Source of the DNA: Eubacterium sp.
Lineage (GTDB): Bacteria > Bacillota > Clostridia > Peptostreptococcales > Anaerovoracaceae
DNA: 64,000 bases
Reading direction: 5' to 3'
NCBI GenBank assembly: GCA_034180045.1
Contig: JAXFOY010000019.1
Span: forward strand, 6,944 to 70,943
The notes beneath the pieces were generated by a model, which was not told the DNA's origin, made no database searches, and saw only the letters and a program-made list of their open reading frames with translations. Positions 60,951 through 64,000 of this stretch are shown here, piece after piece (position 1 is the stretch's first letter; each line of letters opens with the position of its first letter). The position numbers and the translations under genes were made by a program.

Positions 60951-61496
60951 GTGGAAAAAAATAACAAAATTACAACTCAAGAGCTGGTAATTACAGCAGT
61001 ATTTATCGCTATGGTATATGTAGCTACATGGCTGATTAATATTAGACTTCCTCTAGTGGGCAGCGGGGGGCTTATTCATCTCGGCAATGTGCCTCTATTT
61101 ATCGGTGCTATGCTGTTCGGTAAGAGAACCGGTGCGATTTCGGGAGCTGTGGGAATGGGTCTCTTTGACCTTATGAGCGGCTGGACGGTATGGGCGCCTT
61201 TCACTTTCGTAATAGTAGGCTTAATGGGGTATGTCGTAGGATATTTCGCAGAGAAAAAACCTATTAAAAACGCAGTTTTGAACGATGTTACAGCTATGGT
61301 TTCGGCATTGATAATAAAGCTTGTCGGATACTATTTTGCGGAGGTCATCTTGTTGGGAAACTGGCTCGCACCATTCGGCTCTATGCCGGGTAATATACTG
61401 CAAGTCGGATTTGCGGCAATCGTAGCCGTTGCAGCAGCTCCGGTGCTACGCATCGCATTAAGAAATATTACAGGAAATACGGTATGTTCAAGATAA
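60951..61496 (+). CDS. ECF transporter S component (PdxU2/HmpT-like, predicted vitamin B6 vitamer)
   Basis: GGLIHLGN, GMGLFDL.SGW..WAPFT, IPGN-like end; GTG start with AAGGAG RBS. Confidence 0.8.
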   Translation: MEKNNKITTQELVITAVFIAMVYVATWLINIRLPLVGSGGLIHLGNVPLFIGAMLFGKRTGAISGAVGMGLFDLMSGWTVWAPFTFVIVGLMGYVVGYFAEKKPIKNAVLNDVTAMVSALIIKLVGYYFAEVILLGNWLAPFGSMPGNILQVGFAAIVAVAAAPVLRIALRNITGNTVCSR

Positions 61497-62611
61497 TGAC
61501 AGCAGGGCCTACTCAGGTCAGAGAAAATGTAAGATTAGAAAGAAGCAAAGTTTTTACAAATCCGGATTTGGACCCTGATTTTTTTGATTTTTATAAAGAA
61601 ACTTGTGAGCTTCTTTCAAAGACGATGAACACGCAGATGAGAGCCTTTATAATGGGCGGTGAAGGCATACTGGGCCTTGAGGCGGCATGTGCTTCGCTCA
61701 CAGAGGAGGGGGACCGCGTCCTCGTAATTGATAACGGCATTTTCGGTAAAGGTTTTGAAGGCTTTGTTACTATGTATGGTGGTGAAGCTACAGTTTTAAG
61801 CAGTGACTATCGTAACCCCGTTAAACTTGATGATTTACGAGCTTTTTTATCAAAGGACAGCGATTTCAAATACGCCACAGTTGTTCACTGTGACACACCA
61901 AGCGGTGTTATGAATGATGTAGAAGCCATTAGCCGACTTCTTGATGAATTCGGTATAATGACGGTTTGTGACTCTGTTGCGGGGATGTTTGGTGAACCGC
62001 TGAATTTGAGCAAATCAAAGATAGACATTCTTTGCGGAGGATCACAAAAGGCTCTATCGGCACCTCCGGGGCTGACTATGGTCTGGGTAAGCGACAGAGC
62101 CTTTGAGGCTATGAAGTCACGTAAGTCGGCAATCAGAGCTTTTTATGCGAATATTCTTTTGATGGAAGACTACTATAAGAATCAGTGGTTCCCGTACACT
62201 ATGCCGATTAGCGATATTATGGGACTTAGAGTGGCAATTGAAAACTATCTTGGTGATTTGAATTTCCAAGAAAGACATAGCAAACTTGCAAAAGCGGTTC
62301 GCAAGACTGTGACAAAGGCAGGGCTCGGCCTGTATTTAGAAAGCGGATTTTCGAACAACGTTACTGTAATCGAGGTTCCTCAAGGCATTACAGATGAAGA
62401 ACTCCTTAACGAAATAAGAGAGGATTTCGGCATTCTAATAAGCGGATGTTTCGATGTGCTTAAAGGTAAGGTTGTCAGAATCGGTCATATGGGTGAAAAC
62501 GCAAATGTGGAAGATATTGCCGCGACTTTAGATGCTATGCAGAAAGTTTTGCTAAGGCATGGAATTGAATTGAAATGCAATATGATGAATGAATTTTTAT
62601 TATCTTGCTAA
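61484..62611 (+). CDS. Class V aminotransferase, pyridoxamine-pyruvate aminotransferase-like
   Basis: TAGP, GGEGILGLEAA, HCDTPSG, DSV, SQK(189)AL.APPGL, FPYT, RIGHMG. Confidence 0.85.
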   Translation: MFKIMTAGPTQVRENVRLERSKVFTNPDLDPDFFDFYKETCELLSKTMNTQMRAFIMGGEGILGLEAACASLTEEGDRVLVIDNGIFGKGFEGFVTMYGGEATVLSSDYRNPVKLDDLRAFLSKDSDFKYATVVHCDTPSGVMNDVEAISRLLDEFGIMTVCDSVAGMFGEPLNLSKSKIDILCGGSQKALSAPPGLTMVWVSDRAFEAMKSRKSAIRAFYANILLMEDYYKNQWFPYTMPISDIMGLRVAIENYLGDLNFQERHSKLAKAVRKTVTKAGLGLYLESGFSNNVTVIEVPQGITDEELLNEIREDFGILISGCFDVLKGKVVRIGHMGENANVEDIAATLDAMQKVLLRHGIELKCNMMNEFLLSC

Positions 62612-62656
62612 TGGGCATAGATTCAAGTAAAATACTCTTATAAATCTTTTAATTAA

Positions 62657-63136
62657 GTGAGAGTAATGATGGTAAAGAACTATTTACATTTGTTTTTTAT
62701 GTCTATGCTCCCTATGGCAGAGCTGAGAGTTGCCGTACCTATTTCTCAAGCGCTTAACTTGCCTATTGTCGAATCTTTTATCGTATGCATGATAGGTAAT
62801 ATGGTACCTGTGCCGTTCATATATCTGTTTGCAAGGAAGTTCTTGGTTTGGGGGAGTAAAAGACCTTATATTTGGAAGATGTGCAGATTTTTCCTAAGTA
62901 AAGGAGAAAAGGCAGGACACAAATTGACCGAGAAAAGCGGAAAAGGAGTTTTTATCGGACTCTTGCTTTTTGTCGGCATCCCAATTCCGGGAACAGGTGC
63001 GTGGACAGGAACCTTGGCTGCAAGTATCCTGGATTTCGGCTTCAAGAAGACCGTACTGGCGGTTACGCTGGGAGTTGCTGTTGCGGGCAGTATTATGATG
63101 GTCGCAAGTATAGTAGGAATAAATATATTTAATTGA
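62657..63136 (+). CDS. Small multidrug export-like membrane protein (COG2426-like)
   Basis: SMLP..ELR..P, FVGIPIPGTGAWTG.LAA. Confidence 0.85.
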   Translation: MRVMMVKNYLHLFFMSMLPMAELRVAVPISQALNLPIVESFIVCMIGNMVPVPFIYLFARKFLVWGSKRPYIWKMCRFFLSKGEKAGHKLTEKSGKGVFIGLLLFVGIPIPGTGAWTGTLAASILDFGFKKTVLAVTLGVAVAGSIMMVASIVGINIFN

Positions 63137-63180
63137 CAAGGCTGCTTCGTGCGGCCTTTTTGATATTTAGGAGAAAGCAA

Positions 63181-63798
63181 ATGAAGAAAATTATCTTGGA
63201 CGGCTGCGAGTATAGTATCGAGGAATGTCGAAACTATCTGATATTAGAGGAACTATTCACAGCTTCAGGTCTTGAATTTATGAGAAAAAGACTTGAAGCC
63301 GGTTCAAATTCTAAGCAAAAAACAAAGATGAGCACCTTGTGTTATATAGAGCGTGATGATAAGTATCTGATGTTACATAGGGTTTTCAAAGAAAACGATG
63401 TCAATAAAGACAAATGGATAGGTGTCGGCGGGCATTTTGAATTTGCGGAAAGCCCTGAGGAATGTCTTTGTCGTGAAGTTTTCGAGGAAACCGGATATGT
63501 GATAAGCGATTATAAATTCAGAGGATTGATTACTTTTGTTTACGGCGAAAAAGGAAAAGAAATAGTAGAATATATGCATCTTTTTACAGCGAGAAATGTA
63601 AAGGGGGAGCATAAAAACTGCGATGAAGGCATTTTAGAATGGATACCAAAGAAAGATATTTTTGAACTTGATTTGTGGGAGGGGGATAGGATATTTTTAA
63701 GGCTTTTAGATGAAAGAGATGATTTCTTTTCTCTTAAACTCGTGTATAATGACAAGGATGAACTCATCGAAAGCAAGCTGGATGGAGAGTATATATGA
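63181..63798 (+). CDS. NUDIX hydrolase (MutT-like)
   Basis: Nudix box GGHFEFAESPEECLCREVFEETG; LCYIE, CDEG.LEW, LWEGD. Confidence 0.9.
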   Translation: MKKIILDGCEYSIEECRNYLILEELFTASGLEFMRKRLEAGSNSKQKTKMSTLCYIERDDKYLMLHRVFKENDVNKDKWIGVGGHFEFAESPEECLCREVFEETGYVISDYKFRGLITFVYGEKGKEIVEYMHLFTARNVKGEHKNCDEGILEWIPKKDIFELDLWEGDRIFLRLLDERDDFFSLKLVYNDKDELIESKLDGEYI

Positions 63799-64000
63799 AA
63801 ATAAAGATAAAGGAAAGGGATATTTCCGATGTGCTGAATATTCCTAAAGAAGCTCATATTAAGCCGAAGCGGCAGAGTTTTCTTATGCGTTATTTGCTGA
63901 AGCTCCTATCAGAAAAAGAACTTAAGGAAGTAAACTTTAAGTGTGAAAAAGAAAATATGGACTCTATTTCAGCAGACGAACCTGTATTATTTCTGATGAA
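63795..64000 (+). CDS. 5' part of a probable lysophospholipid/PlsC-type acyltransferase, truncated by the window end
   Basis: Open frame from ATG 63795 to the window end (MKIKIKERD...EPVLFLMN), ending just where an NH acyltransferase motif would be expected. Confidence 0.45.
   Translation, partial: MKIKIKERDISDVLNIPKEAHIKPKRQSFLMRYLLKLLSEKELKEVNFKCEKENMDSISADEPVLFLM

Overview
A 64 kb chromosomal window from a low-GC Gram-positive anaerobe of the Clostridia. The class is inferred from gene content: CIRCE/hrcA, a T-box, an ECF S component and a fused accD-accA. Most of it is housekeeping: dnaE-pfkA, rnr, lepA-hemW-glpK, hrcA-grpE-dnaK-dnaJ, bioY, prmA, cobO, a complete acc/fab cluster and cstA. 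The best candidate for an undescribed system is a nitrogenase-like (group IV-type) reductase on the minus strand at 6910-10816. It consists of a NifH-like ATPase fused to a NifD-like subunit, a translationally coupled NifK-like partner, and an upstream Cys-rich small protein. Its cysteine pattern (3+1 cluster ligands, no FeMo-cofactor ligand) resembles chlorophyllide/protochlorophyllide reductases rather than N2-fixing nitrogenase. Other notable loci are: (i) an MsrQ-like membrane protein lacking two heme His residues, with two FMN-binding proteins whose larger member carries non-canonical [ST]NAT flavinylation motifs; (ii) a stand-alone TrpB2 under a Trp-specifier T-box; (iii) a MelB/GPH transporter with a glycerophosphodiesterase and a lysophospholipase; (iv) a FabX-like Fe-S flavoprotein inside the fab operon; (v) an ECF S component with a pyridoxamine-pyruvate-aminotransferase-like enzyme behind a direct/inverted/direct operator. 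The window opens with an internally deleted IS481-family element. I found no tRNA, rRNA or CRISPR array by eye. All family assignments come from recognised motifs; no database search was run.
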